From the NCBI RefSeq assembly GCF_037042905.1, contig NC_087251.1:48672001-48736000 (forward strand): 64,000 bases of DNA, given 5' to 3'. The DNA is from Lytechinus pictus (Eukaryota). The translations under genes and the position numbers were made by a program. Position 1 is the stretch's first letter. Each line of letters starts with the position of its first letter. The notes beneath the pieces were generated by a model, which ran no database searches, had not been told where the DNA came from, and saw only the letters and a program-made list of their open reading frames with translations. This document shows positions 12,094 through 25,949 of this stretch, piece by piece.

Positions 12094-13662
12094 CAGCGGC
12101 GTAACAGGGGTCGGTGGCCAGGGGGGGGGGCAAGAACAAAAAATTTCCCGGTCATATCATGGTATGAACAGACGTGATGGTGATGAGGTGACGATTTTGA
12201 GAGAGCCAGACATTGCGTATCATGCAGAATTTATCTTTTTAAAAAAAAGTTGCGAGCGAGCAAAAATTTTGACATTTTTAATACAAAAATCAAAATTTGT
12301 GATAGATTTTGACATGATATCCAGATAATGATTTATTTAACTCTTCTCTCTTTCCATTCCTTTTTTGTGGTCTGTACGCCACTGTCTTGACTGTGAACAG
12401 GATTCTTTGCGGCAGTAGCATGAATAGTAAAAAAAAAAACGAGGGGCGCAGTATGGCGCATGTGCTAAAAAGCTGCTTAATATAATATAAGTCCCGAGCG
12501 AGCGAAGCGAGCGAGAAAAAATCACCTTTTTATGAGAATCTATCTTTGAGATATTTTTTGACATTATATTCAGTAGATAAAATCATATCCTACACTTTTC
12601 CTTTGCTTTTCTTTCCTCCTTTTTTTCTTGGTTATAGAACTTTTGGGGACCAAGGCTCAACCCTTCCTTACTCATGTACGGCAGTGCTATGCGGTTGGGG
12701 TCCGGGGCGGAGTCCCGAGAACTTCTTGATATCAACCTCGCAGATTGCCGCTATTTTAATCAAATCGCGGGTAAATACAGAATATAGCTTTTATACAACA
12801 CATTTATTCAACCCAGTTAAACCAAGTAGGTTATTTTGAGGGGGCAAAACAAAGCAATGTGGGAAAATTTGTAAAAAGTCGCCAGCGAGCAAAAGAAGCT
12901 GGAAAAAGGTTGCCTATTGAAATAATTAAATTCCAATTATGTGATAGATTTTTCCATTATATTCAGCAAATAACAAAATTCATTGTTTCCATTCATTTCA
13001 TTATACGTTGTCTCCTACAATTTATTTATTTTCTCTTGGATGTGGAACCAAGACCCCCCCCCCCGCGCCTGTACGCCAGTAATTGAACGTAAAGCTTAAT
13101 GTAGGAAGGGTCCCTACAGGGGGGGGGGCGTTATAGAGCCATTTGAATGTTATAGATGAAAAGCCCCTACTGCATGGGGTCTGGGGCAAAGCCCCGGTAG
13201 CTTATTTGCATAAATTTAGCAAGCTTATGGCACAATGTTGTATGCAGTCCATCTTTCTTCCAGCTCTTTATTTTCAATCCTCGGCAGCCCGGTCGTGTTA
13301 TTTAGGTTTTGCTTGTCAATTTTCTTTGTTTTCCAATGTAGCTTTTGCTTTCCATTCTACCTTCATTTCCCGCTATTGTTTGCCATTTTGTCATCTTTTA
13401 ATTTATTTCCCTTCATGCTATTGCATTACATATGCCTATTTCGGAATGATTTGTTCTTTCTTAAATGTTCTTCTCTCGTTCCTTTTCCCGCTTTCCCTCC
13501 TTTTCCATTTAAAAAAATCTTCGTTTTCTTTTCCCTTTCCCTTTTCTTTTCCCCTTTCCTCCCCCTTTCTTTCTCCCTCCCTTTTCTTTCCCCCCCCCCG
13601 TTTTTTCCCCCGGTGAAATCCGCTAGGGGAGGCAGCTTGCCCCCCTGCCTGTTACGCCACTG
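12094..13662 (+). mobile_element. Non-autonomous hAT-type element (~1.57 kb)
   Basis: TIR CAG(C/T)GGCGTAACAGG; perfect 8-bp TSD CTCCCCTT (12086-12093, 13663-13670); same family at 56455-58050 and 63672-64000. Confidence 0.88.
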
Positions 13663-15939
13663 CTCCCCTTACGTTCTCAGCCATCAACCGAGCAATCGCG
13701 ACGCTAAACGTGGCAAACGCGTACCCATGGCATAATCTACAAAACTGTAAGATCAAATTCTACGAAAAATCTCATACTAAGTAACTGTGTTAATTTATGC
13801 CTAAAATAAGAAGGTTGCTCTAATTCACTAGAATAAAGCCCCAAAACTGCTATTTTTTTATCAAGTTCACACAAGTGTGTATCAAATCAACTCTATAGTC
13901 AGTACTGTGTCTGAAATTATACATGATACATCCATACACTTCGGCACAGTATTTCATCTTTCATCGTTTTTTAATAGTTACGTTTCCTATTCCTCTTAAT
14001 TTTTTCATTTTTTTTCCTGCGTCCTCTATAATTTATAATTTGTGGTTGATAACCTTCTTTTTTTTTTTGCTTGTCAAAAAAATGGGTGTGGTGGTCCCCC
14101 CTAAAATGTTGGCTTCCGTCGCCAACGCTCTTCATTCACCTTACCATTGATCTCGAGTTTAAAGAATTTTGCTTTATTATTTTGAAAGTTTGTGGGCATG
14201 TTGATAATTGTGATAAGAATATGATTATTGATCATGTATTTATTCAAACGGCATCTGTTTTAAGGACTTTTATGGTGACTTTATCTTACTTTTCCCTCAG
14301 AGAATTTGCTCATGTGTCTTCCATACGCGAATCGATAATCTGATTAAATGGATAATATATGATTTCCTATACATCCTCTTTCTACCATTAAGGCCAGGCA
14401 CGGATCCAAGGGGTGGAGGGTAGGGGCGAACCTAATGGAGCTGCATGTAAAATGGGCGATTACCGAGAACGAGATGTCCATCATTTTAATGACCTTTTTG
14501 ATTGTTTGTCATTTTTTTCACACACATTCGAATCCCGTTAAAGTTCGACTCTGGATACACGCCTGAAGTCAGTATGATGTATTTTCATGCCCTTCTTTCT
14601 CTGTAACCCCCTCCTCTCTCTCTCTCTCCCTCTCTGCATGTCTGCCTCTCTCTGACTCTCATTTTATATCTTTCCCCGTCCCCTCTCTCCCTCCCTCCCT
14701 CACACACACACACACACACACACCCTCACACATTTCCCTGCCCTCTCGGTCCCCTGACATTTTGCTCTGAAACAATTGCTTCTAATGAAGTTCGTAACAC
14801 AAATGTTAGCGGTTAATCGTAAATTTGAAAGAAGAATTCTGATTGGTTCTTGGTCAGTCTATTGAGCAAAACGCGCATGCAAAAATGATCTTGATAGGCT
14901 ATTTCATTTAGCGATTTAGCGCTGAGATCTCACCTCACGAGCCATTCAGAGTCTGCATAGCAGACTAGATCCGACAGTGAATACATCAACATAATCCGAA
15001 ACAATCTAGAAAATAAAATGTCCGAAATTGCATTAACATCTTTATTTTCCACACTTACAATTCCAAAAAGAACAAGTTAGACATATATTAATTATCATTA
15101 AATATCATGCTTGATATAATATGTTCGGGATTTTTGCCTTTTGTACAAGATTTGTTTTACACTTTCTAGAAGACATCATTTCCATTTATCAATTTGGTGA
15201 TTTGTTTTTTTACTTTTTTACTCCCACAACACAGTAATTCATCTCAAAATCATGACATTGATGTCACTTCTACATAGCATTACTTTACTCAATGGCAAAT
15301 GTTACTAGTAGGCATTGAAATGCATTTTTTTTTAAATATCGTATGCAGTTTGCATGCAGAATAGGTTCACTTACCAGATTACATTACTATCATCATCGTT
15401 ATAATCATTATCTTTATTATCATAATTATCATAATTACTGTATTTCATCACCATTATTATCATTATTATCAATCATCATCATCGTCATCATTATGACCAT
15501 CATTATTGTTATCATAATCATCATCGTCAATATCATTGATAATCTAGTAATCTTTTTCTTACCTTTTTATCATCACAATCACCATTCATTTATAATTGCA
15601 TAGTGATGTCACGGGTTGTGTTTATCATAAACTCATGTAAAAATAGTGGTGCATTCACATTCATCTCGATTCCCCTTTTTACCAAAAATATAACGACAAT
15701 AGAACAAAGTTTGAAAGGTAGACATTTATGACAAATTGATTTTGCCTCATTCACAATAAGGATATAGTTGCATGAATACTCTTCTCACAAGTGTTACATA
15801 TAAGAAGAATTGTAAGAAAAATCACATTCATTCATTTAGTTTTTTTCTCTCTAAGGATAATATGATTAAAGAATATTCCAGAATGTCTCAGTTAACCTTT
15901 GGTATGCATGTAGGCATGAGACAGAATTTTTGGTATTTT

Positions 15940-16615
15940 TGTAATGTATAAACGATCTTGGTAGACAATAGAGACTGCTGGCGACGAAAGGGACAATATG
16001 ATTAGCTGTATTGTTTACATTGTTGAATTCACTGAGGTTATTCAAGAGTCTTCAAGAAAGAAGCAGATGCAGAAGCTTCAAGTATATTGGACATTTATAT
16101 AAAAAGGCTGGCAGTTTCTTCAAGGATCATAACTCAGTTTCGAGTCAGTCTTCATGACAGTGCATACATGTAGTTCACCTCTACGCGGAATGTTCATATC
16201 ATCAATGAACGGTTTGCAACTATTCTAGTGAGAGGAATTCTCAGTTCTCATCAAGATCATCAACCTGTTCTAGAGTACATTTTTCAACCCATGTATTGCT
16301 GAAATCGACTGTTTATCTTCATCAACTTCGTCTTCACAGAAGTTTTAACTCATTAAAATGACTTTAATTATCCATCGCATTTCAACATCAATTTCATCAT
16401 CGCCAGCATTGAGGACTTTAACATAAGAACTCATTACAAGCCAATTTGCATTGTTTGGATAATCATATTTTTGGACTGACCAGAACTGACTCTTCAGGAT
16501 ATGTAAGATTACTTAAAGATAACTTATTATTTTGTTTTATTTGTGCTCTATTTCATGTTGATAAAAACTAAATTCTTTTTGTTATTTTTTTAAATATTTG
16601 TTTAATATCGTAACA
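15940..16615 (+). mobile_element. Possible solo LTR
   Basis: TGTAATG...CGTAACA termini, TATA-like 'tttatataaaaagg' ~16095, A-rich signal ~16560; no TSD seen. Confidence 0.3.
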
Positions 16616-19167
16616 CAATAAATGATCACATTCAGAGGTAAAATCATAATCACGCATGCGCTCAATCACTGTTTTTATAATTTTGTAGAGTCAATGGATC
16701 TAATATTGTTTACCTACAAACAAAACTGCGGCAATAAGAACGCATATTTATTAATCTGAAATTTAATGTCCAAAAGAAGAGATCTTAAATAAGAAAAAAT
16801 GACCTTGAAATTAGTTCACCACCGACGTTGAAAACTAGACTGAACATGCTAAATGGAAAGTAAGCTATTTCCAATCAGGTGAACAAAGCATGTAAACATT
16901 TTACAAGACCCAATCAGAGGAGGCGTACAGAGGGGCGGGTGCTTGGGGGCTCTTGCCCTCCCAATTTTTTCACGACCAAGAACAAAAATATAGAAAAGAA
17001 AGATAGAAGGGTGAAATATATTATTTCCTGAATATTATGTCAAAATTAATCTATCACAAAATTTAGTTTTTTTAATGAAAATGTCGAAATTTTACTCGCT
17101 CGTTTCGCTCGCTCGCAACTTTTTATAATTTTGCCCGATATGCTATATCTAGCCCCCTCAAAAGTTTTGGCTCATTACGCCACTGGCAAGACCCTATAAA
17201 TTAACTTTCTGTTTTGTTGTGACACCTTTAAGTTTTCTATTTCTATTTAGAACGCACCCAATCAGTCGTCACCTTCATGTGAAAACATTTAAAAAATGTA
17301 TCGTATCGTATATATAAATAATACATCGATGAGTAATATTGATATTATCATGTACAAAGAATAGATAATAGAAACGAATCTGGGATCGAGCCATGTGAAA
17401 CATCGGCATTAGATATCTAAAAAGTAAGACACGATGAGTTTCTTATATACACAAATTAGCTCTATTTAAACCATCCCAGCAAAATATTTAAAAACAACGA
17501 CTATTTCAAACATACTGCAAAGGTAAACTTTTCTAATGCCTCATGCAATTACAGAAAAGAAAAAATTCAGCTAAAAACAAAAGTCAATACTGCGAAGCCA
17601 TTTAATCATCCAATTTAGCTCTTAAGTGTATAAGGGTGACAGAATTCAGAGAAGCGCGCTCTGAATAATATACTTTCGATTAATCTCCACGGATGATTAC
17701 ATTTAAGGAAATTGACAAAGGGTGAGATGATACTATTACATTAATTGATCTAATGCGAGTATTGATAGATTCAGGACACAAAATAAATTTACACTTGAAA
17801 GAAAGGAACCCATCTCGATTGGAAGTGCGCCTCATTTAGAAATAAGCTAATCTAAATAGCTAAATGTAAAGATATGTTTCAGTGCGACCCACTTGCCTCT
17901 ATGAGAGCGATAGCTCTCATTTCCTGAGACTGTCAGAACGTGTTTTTTTTCTAACTATTTGGGATTTAAGTTTATTCAATTGAATTCCCAGCCTCCCCCC
18001 CCCCCCATTTTCAGATTTTCAGGGGTGGATAGTGTTTTGGTTCTCTTGTTGCAAGAATTATAGAAAGTACTTTGACATGAAGAAAGCCAGAAAACACATT
18101 GATAAATACTTTTGATATCATAGGCCCATATAATTAGTAAATAGAAATGACCGTAAAATTGAGCCCTTTGGAACATCGTATCAAATACCTATAAATGTAA
18201 GACACACATTTCCTGTATGTACAGATTTGGTATTGCTTAGTTGACTGACTCTCAACCTAAACCGGGCGCAAAACATTTAACTATATAAAGCACGTATGTT
18301 AAGGTCAAGCTGCAAGGTTCAACTTTTCGAACGCCTAGCGAAGTTAATCAAAACTTTTTAAGCTGACAAAGACAAAAGCCTCATTATGCGAAGCCATTAG
18401 TCATCTTATCAAAATGATTACAATAACCGGTAAAAGTGTGCCTTGCGATAATAGTCACGTGATTAATCTCCGTGGATGACAGCAATCATTAGCAAATTAA
18501 CAAAGGGTGAAATTTTGTTATTACATTAAGTGATCTTTTGCCAGAAATGATGCACTCAGAACACAAAATAAATGTTTATTTGAAGGTAGAGAAATGATCT
18601 AATCTCAAAGCATCTAGTCAGGCTCATATACAATCACTTGCATTTACAATGTATACAAAGGTGTCAAGACGATCAACTGATCGTTTCTATGATGAACCCT
18701 GCTGTTTATGTTAATAGGTTTCATTTTCAGGTAGCAAATATTTGCCTGAGGCTGTTTCCGTATTTTTTTTTTGGGGGGGGACAGGGGAGGGGTAAATTAT
18801 GATTTGCTTTTTTGTATTTTAATTGCAATATAGATAGTGCTCTGAAACAAAGTGAGTGAAAAAATACATTTGACTAATGGCCAATGAGATTTTGTTCAAG
18901 CGTTCCCAGGAGCAATTTGTATTAATTTTGAAAAGTGCATCCGGCGCTGAGGAAAGAACTTCTTTTTTTTTTAGAATATATTGTTTTGATGATAAGACTA
19001 AAAGTTGTTAAACTGTAATGGGTATCAAGCATAAATCTAGGTGTAGAAGAAAATCAAATAACTCTGTGATACATGATGCCGCAATTATACAACTCCCAGG
19101 AATGTTCTGTAATATGATTGGTCCAAATCGGACCACATGATATCCAGCGAATTTCATTATGGCATCC

Positions 19168-19276
19168 AAAATGCACTATCCTGCACTCTGACGTCATACC
19201 AAATGTACTATCCTGCACTCTGACGTCATATCAAATGCACTATCCTGCACTCTGACGTCAGAGTGCAGGATAGTGC
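19168..19276. repeat. 3 x 32-bp tandem repeat ending in a 40-bp perfect palindrome
   Basis: Unit 'aaatgcactatcctgcactctgacgtcata'; palindrome 19237-19276 centred on TGACGTCA. Confidence 0.9.
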
Positions 19277-19589
19277 GAGGTCATGAATTATCTAGAATTA
19301 TCTAGAATTTAGATCAAATATAGCATTCGGAGCTACCCAGTAACAAGAGGGGGGTGTATAAAACAAACGATGTACGCATTCTTGTGCATAGAGGACCTAA
19401 ATAATGAACTATGTGCTCGACTCGCCAGATGGAAATACAGCAGTCGGTCCTGCAGACCTCCGTCGGTGCGGTATATCCATTCCCGACCTTTCGTTGGAGA
19501 ACGCGGACGCTTATTTGCGACGGTAGTTGATTTTGGAAGAAACTTTTGGGCCCGTCGTCATGGTCGTAAAACTCTGTCCTGCAATGCAA

Positions 19590-20485
19590 ATTGTGTGACA
19601 TGAGATTTTTTTTTCGTTTCGCATCTGGAACGGAAACATTCAATCTGCGTTTCGTGTGCAAAATTCTGGTTGCTACTATGGTAACAGCGATATATCCGAT
19701 TTAGGACGACTTTCCAAACCAACATTTGGTTCCTCCCAGAGCTCGAGAGGCCGCCCGGGGGGCCCACTTCCATATACCAGGCGCGACCACGCGTAAAAAG
19801 GGAAAGAGTCGGCAAGTACGTTACGTATAGGCCTATGTTACGTTATAAGGGTGTCAAAAACGATGTTTAAAATACTGAAAAGGAGGGATATGTTTTCAAT
19901 ACTTAGGGTTTCACATGCTAAATACTTGTTAAGAGATGCATTTTCATAATCTGGAAAATCCTTGCTTCCCTTGTTTAGGGTGCTTTTTGAAACCGCATGG
20001 TCGTGCCTGGAATCCACTCATCAATGGAAGTGGTCCCCCCGGGAATTCGAATCTAATCCCCTTTTCTGGGGAAAGTAAAACATAATGCCCATTACATTGT
20101 GTGCTAGAGGCACATCGTTTGTGTAGGAGTAAACGAAATAAAAAATTCGGCTGGTACGTGTCCAACGTATACATGCTGTGTACATAATCAACGCATGCGA
20201 AATGGTTCCGGCTGGAGAGGTGATTTGACCCATGGAATCAATTGCCAGAGATCCAAAAATAATCCACATTAAATGCAATATCGATTCGATGGACTTTAAT
20301 GATCTATATCTAAGCCTTATTTCAGTAACTTTTTCCTCACTCAATATGTACTCGATTTGTTAAAAAAAACACTTTCTTATCAATGTCATAATCTATTTTA
20401 GGTCCTGCATTTCGAATATCTCCAGCCATCAATCGTAATGTACAACATGTATGGTGCGGGTGTCGCGGGAAAGAATTTTGCACAC
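19590..20485. mobile_element. Foldback-like DNA element related to 58980-60120, with a nested ~290-bp MITE (19755-20043)
   Basis: 'atctgcgtttcgtgtgcaaaatt' inverted as 'aattttgcacacgaaaagcagat'; nested TIR 'cccggggggcccacttccat'/'atggaagtggtccccccggg'. Confidence 0.6.
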
Positions 20486-21105
20486 GAAAAGCAGATCTGT
20501 AGGGCCTGTTACCCCCCTGTAACACAAAGCTTAGCATTGATTGTAGAGCAGTTTTCTACGTTTGATTCTATTGACTATAATGTACAATCAATCGTAAAAA
20601 TCAAGTGTATGATTAAGCGTTAACTTTTGTGTTAGGGGACTTTAATATTAGCGTCCGTGAGGATTGCGAAAGGTGGCAAATGGCTCTTTTCGCACATCGT
20701 GCATTATTTGGCCCTGCATGCACTCACTTACGTGCATTATTTGCATACTATCTGATGCCATCAAATCAACTCAGACCAAACAAATATGGATTTTCAAGAC
20801 TTGTTGATAATAATAATGAAAATAATAATAATAAAAGTTTTTTTACAGTGCGCGTTAGGAAAAAGAAAGAACAAAAGATTAGAGAAAGCTGCTGGTAATG
20901 CTATGATGATATTATTTTCAGTGAAATAAATATGTTTTCAATGCAGATCTAAATTGCCCGATTGTATCAACTTGCCCTTAATTGTGTGGGATACTGTTCC
21001 ACAGTTCCGGCGCTGCGTGCGCAAACCCCGTTCACCATGAAATTTTGTCTTAACAACTTTATGTCAATACATAAAGATTATAATAATGAGCTAATGGTTA
21101 CACTA

Positions 21106-24100
21106 TAGTCCAGTCAATCTAGCCAGAATAGGGGGGTAACCCACCACTAATTGCAACACGAGATATTCCACTGAAATGCTTTCCAGGAAGGTCCCCTAAA
21201 CAACATACTAAAAGTCCCAAGAAATCCGAGCAGTGGAAATTTATGAAATTTGCATATTATGCAAATTAGCCATGAAAAATGATATAAAGAAGGGAAATAA
21301 TCCAAAGATTACAAATTAAATGTCCAAAATAATTTGATTTGAATGGAAATTCATGATAAATAACTGAATTCAATGTTTTCAATCAAAAGTGCAAAAATTT
21401 CTACCTCATTTGCATATTATGCAAATAAGCATCCTTATATGGAAAAAATGTCAAGATATTGTGATTTTTCTCATATAGACTGCTTGAAAACATTTCATTA
21501 ATGTTGACATCAATATGATACTATATCACTAAGCACGAGAATTCATCCCAATGCCTGAAAATTAATTTGCATATTATGCAAATTAGCCATTTAAAAAAAT
21601 AGAAAATGAGGAAATTAATCCAAAGATTACAAATTAAATGTCCACAGCAAGTAATTTTGAACATTATGAATAAAATAAGTTCAATGTCTTTATTTAAAAA
21701 AGCTAGCAAATCTGCCTCATTTGCATATTATGCAAATAAGTATCCTTATATGGAAAATGTCAAGAAATTTAGATTTTTATCACATTGACTGCAGTGAAAA
21801 CATTTCAGTTTTTCAAATTAATATGCTGCTATCACTAAGCATTCAAATGTATCCTAATATGATTTATATTCAAGGAAAAATACTGGAAATATGTTCTTCG
21901 CTTCCTAAGCGTTTGTCTGACAAGATGATGGGATTGGCAAGAACAAAGCACAGTATTTGAATTGGTGTGTAGTTTGTTTGAGTTGACAACCCTTTCTTAT
22001 ATGGATTGTGGGAACGACTTAGACTTTCTTGAAATTTCAGCGCATAAACATGATAAAGGGAGGCCAGGAAAAGCAAACTTATGGCAGGTAAAATCTGATG
22101 AGTAGTATCATTAAAAAGTGCAGCAGAGATTCCGTCTGGCCTAGTAGCTTCATGCAGGTTGTTTTCTTTAACAATTTCTTCAGTAGTCTGGCTACACCTG
22201 CTTGACTAAACAATATGTTATCTGGCCATATCTGGGTCAGGACTGGGTCCCAGGACTTCAGCTTCATCATCATCATGATCAGTGGTGAATACTAAGACTA
22301 AAAATCTTCGCCTTCCTTTAATAATGATATTCCAATGTAGTCATAGCTATTGATATTAAGGGCTCCAAACATGCTAATTGTTACAGCCTGGATCATTGTC
22401 AATCCGGTCAACAAATTATGTATTATAGGCTTGTCTACAAACCCTCTTATGGTCCTCTTTAATGCATTGTAGCAATTCTGAGCTTTACCTTACTGATGCT
22501 TTTGGAGCTCTAAAATGTGCAAGCCTTCCTAGCCTTTCTCTAAAACTCTTGACATCTTCCGACACAACTTATGTCCATTCTCTCATTGAGACAACTTGTG
22601 TCGGAAGAAGACATGGTTAACGGTGTGTTCTTGTTAAAGTCCTCTTGATTGGCATTCAGTCTCCTATGCTCGACTTGTCAGATTTCAGTACAGATCTGTA
22701 TGATTGTCCAAAGTACATCTGCATGACACTATTAAAGTCAGCATTCCTCCAGAAGTACATCCTTAGTCGTGCCATAAAATTTTATTCCTCTGGATAACCT
22801 CACAGTATACCCATGAGTAGCACATTGTGGCAAATAAATCTTGGAAGTGGTACACACTGTCTAATCAATGTTGGATGGTATTTGATGGTGATGTTAAGGG
22901 TGTTCCAAGCAAGTACTCATGTTCACCACCAAGACAAGTGATGATGATGATGGGTTCTTGTAAAGCGTCGGTATCCGCCTCAGCTGGGCGCTCATGGCGC
23001 TTGCTCAAAATAGGAAATATCTCACAAATTTCAATGTCTTCAAACAGTGCTTAGGATCACCATTCAGTTCAAATACTGTCCTAGTAATGCTACAATTGAG
23101 TTATTCTTGTCTTGGGATAATGTTGGAGTGGGGAACAGAAAGGTCTTCAGGTAAGACTCAAAAGTTTATTGGGTCTCTGCTCTCCTGATAAATTGGGGAA
23201 GGCTATTCCACAGCTTTGGTCCAGAGATGTAGAAGGCTCTGTCACCCCAGGTTGTGTGGCTGAGAGATTCCCTCAGCAATGCTTGAGCTGCTGATCTGAG
23301 ACTGCGTGTTGGTCTATGCTGAGATAAGAGCTCTGAGATGTAGGGTGGAGATTTATCATTAAGCGCTTTAAATACAAGGACCCCAAGTTTATAAGCTAAT
23401 TGGTGTGCTACAAGGACCAAATATTCAAAGCTAATGTGCTTTTATTTGTACGGGTGTGACATCTTGTGCTGATCACTTGGCAATCCAGGAGTTGCTAGCG
23501 TGGACTATACTCTCAAGAAACGCAAAGTCTCTATACAAAGTCAAGAAGAGAGCAAGACTTGGATGGAAATAATGAAACATTCAAGCAGTGGGATTCATGT
23601 AGAATGGACTCATCATTGTACAATATGAGTGGGGTAACTGCTCGTGACAAAACTCAATATCAACCAAGCAAGAAGTATAGGGAAGGCCATCATGGTTAAT
23701 ACACATAATCTACATGGAATTTTAGAGGAAAGTATCACTTATGTGTTTCCTTGAATATTTATAACATGTCGGATGCTTATTTGCATAATATGTAAATTAC
23801 ACTTCAGATATTAAGCTGATTATTAATTTATTTGCCATTCTTAGTGATCACATCATATTGATCTAGACTGAAATGTTTTCATAACTGTTTTTGTGAGAAA
23901 AATCAAAATTTCTGGATTTTTTTCCATATAAAGATGCTCATCATGCAAATGAGGTAGATTTATTTACGATTTTTTATATAAAACATAAATAAATTTGTAA
24001 AACTTATCATGGGCTTCAGTTCAATTCGTATTGATTGCATTTGATTTCCAATATTTGGATTATTTTCCTTATTTGTAATTTATTATGGCTAATTTGCATA

Positions 24101-24755
24101 AAATGCAAATTTTGTGATTTTCCTATATGCTTGTATATTTAAGGACTTTTAATATGGTGTTTAGGAAACCTTCCTGTAAGGTATTGCCATATTCCAATTT
24201 CAATAGATAATCTACTTGCATTTTTTTAGGGATGTATCACCAGTGTGTTTTCTTGAATATTTATAACATGTTAGATACTTTTATTTGCATAATATGCAAA
24301 TTACACTACAGACACTAAGCTGAATACAAATGTATTCAACGTCCTTAGTGATAGCAGCATGTAAATTCCAACATTAATGAAATTTTCAAGCAGATAATGA
24401 GAGAATAATCACAATACCTTGACATTTTTCCATATAAGGATGCTTATTTGCATATTATGCAAATGAGGTAGATTTTTTGCACTTTTGACAAAAAACATTG
24501 AATACCGTTACTTATCATGAATTTTCGCTCAAATTGAATTGTTTTGGACACTCAATTTGTAATATTTGGGCTATTTTCCTTATTTTTCTAACTTGTTATG
24601 GCTAATTTGCATAATATGCAAATTTCATAAATTTCCACTGCTTGGATTTCTTGGGACTTTTAGTGTGTTGTTTAGGGGACATTCCTTGAAAGCATTGCAG
24701 TGGAATATCTCGTGTTGCAATTAGTGGTGGGTCAAACCCTATATTGACTGGACTA
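21106..24755. mobile_element. Decayed long-TIR DNA transposon (Academ-like by termini and TSD)
   Basis: Termini TAGTCCAGTCAAT...ATTGACTGGACTA; inverted homology over several hundred bp (21106-~21520 vs ~24350-24755); 3-bp TSD CTA (21103-21105, 24756-24758). Superfamily is inferred. Confidence 0.75.
22938..23425 (-). mobile_element. L2-type LINE 3' fragment nested in the long-TIR element
   Basis: YKLGVLVFKAL...PPYISELL...PTRSLRS...GDRAF...GPKLWNSLP; 3' end 'aagcgccatgagcgc...acgctttacaag' plus (CAT)n tail. Confidence 0.8.
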
Positions 24756-25220
24756 CTAATTAGAACATACATGATGATCCCCTTACCCACCCTTTTCCAA
24801 TTCCACCCCCTATCCCGGCATTCATGATAACAAAGTATTTAAAGTCCCTAATGTATTCATATGATTTATATAGTTTTCTTCTCTGCTCTTTGGCGATCCA
24901 TCCTGAAACTTATCAAAAGCAGCATTTATGCTCTCATTATTCCAACACTTCTATTGTCTGGTCTTGAAGTTCAGCAAATTGTACACATTGGAGCAGTATA
25001 AACACGACTATTTCATTTTCGTATCTCGTTTATCTCTGATAGTTACGGTTGTCGTCCCTGTTCAATGTTTTCAGTTTTCCAAATATCTTATGTATTATAT
25101 CATGACTTGTCTGAATCGTTTCATACACAGAATTATCTTGACATTATAATGAATGTCATACGTTGCAACATACACGTATTTACATATATTTGAGCAGGTT
25201 TATTGCATTTCGATTCGGAT

Positions 25221-25949
25221 TTACCGGACTCCAACGTCACCGTTGCCATGATTTCCATTTGCTGTTGGTATTGGCTGGATAGAGAAAACGCTACCATTCC
25301 GTGGTCGACGACCATAGAGATCATGTGATCGCATGTCCATGGGCATCGATTGCCGTCTCCTCATCGAAATCGCATGGGCTTTCTTCGTCTCCGAGATGAT
25401 GACGAAAAGCCTATAAAACTGAAGCAAGAGCAGCAGGGCGTTTTTACAAGTAAAGAAGATCATAGACTGGTCGAAAATGCGAAACTTGATGATGAGATAA
25501 AGTCGGATGAAAAGATAAGGGCCGTCTTGGAGTATGACGCTGGTCATTAGCGCCCACGTCTCCGTGCCGCAGCAGAAGATGTTCATCGCCGTCTGTTGCA
25601 ACTTTAACCGCATCTTGACGTCATCGTCAGGTTTTGACACCTTTCCGAAGACGCGACGTTTCCTAGCCTTGGTGGCGGTCAGGCCAAGCGTGAACTGCAG
25701 AAGACTCCATGACCAGATTCCAAGGATGACGTAAAACATATCCGGGTGGCAAGCGATGGCGTCGAGTTTCAATGTCTCCAATGAAAATTCCAACATGTCG
25801 GCGGCCATACCGATGTAGACCAATAGGAGCTGAGAGAGCTGATCACGTGTTAGTTGCCCGCGAGGCATCATCCAGCGGCCAACAATGAGAATCAACATAA
25901 GAGTTTGTTGCAACGTTGTTGAGAAGAGTTGCTGCATGCCGTATACTTG
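25221..25949 (-). CDS. TMEM26: TMEM26-like paralog A, exon 3
   Basis: GRWMMPRGQLTRDQLSQLLLVYIGMAADMLEF and QDGPYLFIRL...FFTCKNALLLLLQFYRL; acceptor AG 25950-25951, phase 0. Confidence 0.92.
   Translation of the reverse strand, partial: QVYGMQQLFSTTLQQTLMLILIVGRWMMPRGQLTRDQLSQLLLVYIGMAADMLEFSLETLKLDAIACHPDMFYVILGIWSWSLLQFTLGLTATKARKRRVFGKVSKPDDDVKMRLKLQQTAMNIFCCGTETWALMTSVILQDGPYLFIRLYLIIKFRIFDQSMIFFTCKNALLLLLQFYRLFVIISETKKAHAISMRRRQSMPMDMRSHDLYGRRPRNGSVFSIQPIPTANGNHGNGDVGVR

Noticed and set aside
21870..22930. Transposase remnant inside the long-TIR element
   Set aside because: Looks like decayed coding sequence but no motif recognised; needs tblastx against transposase libraries.
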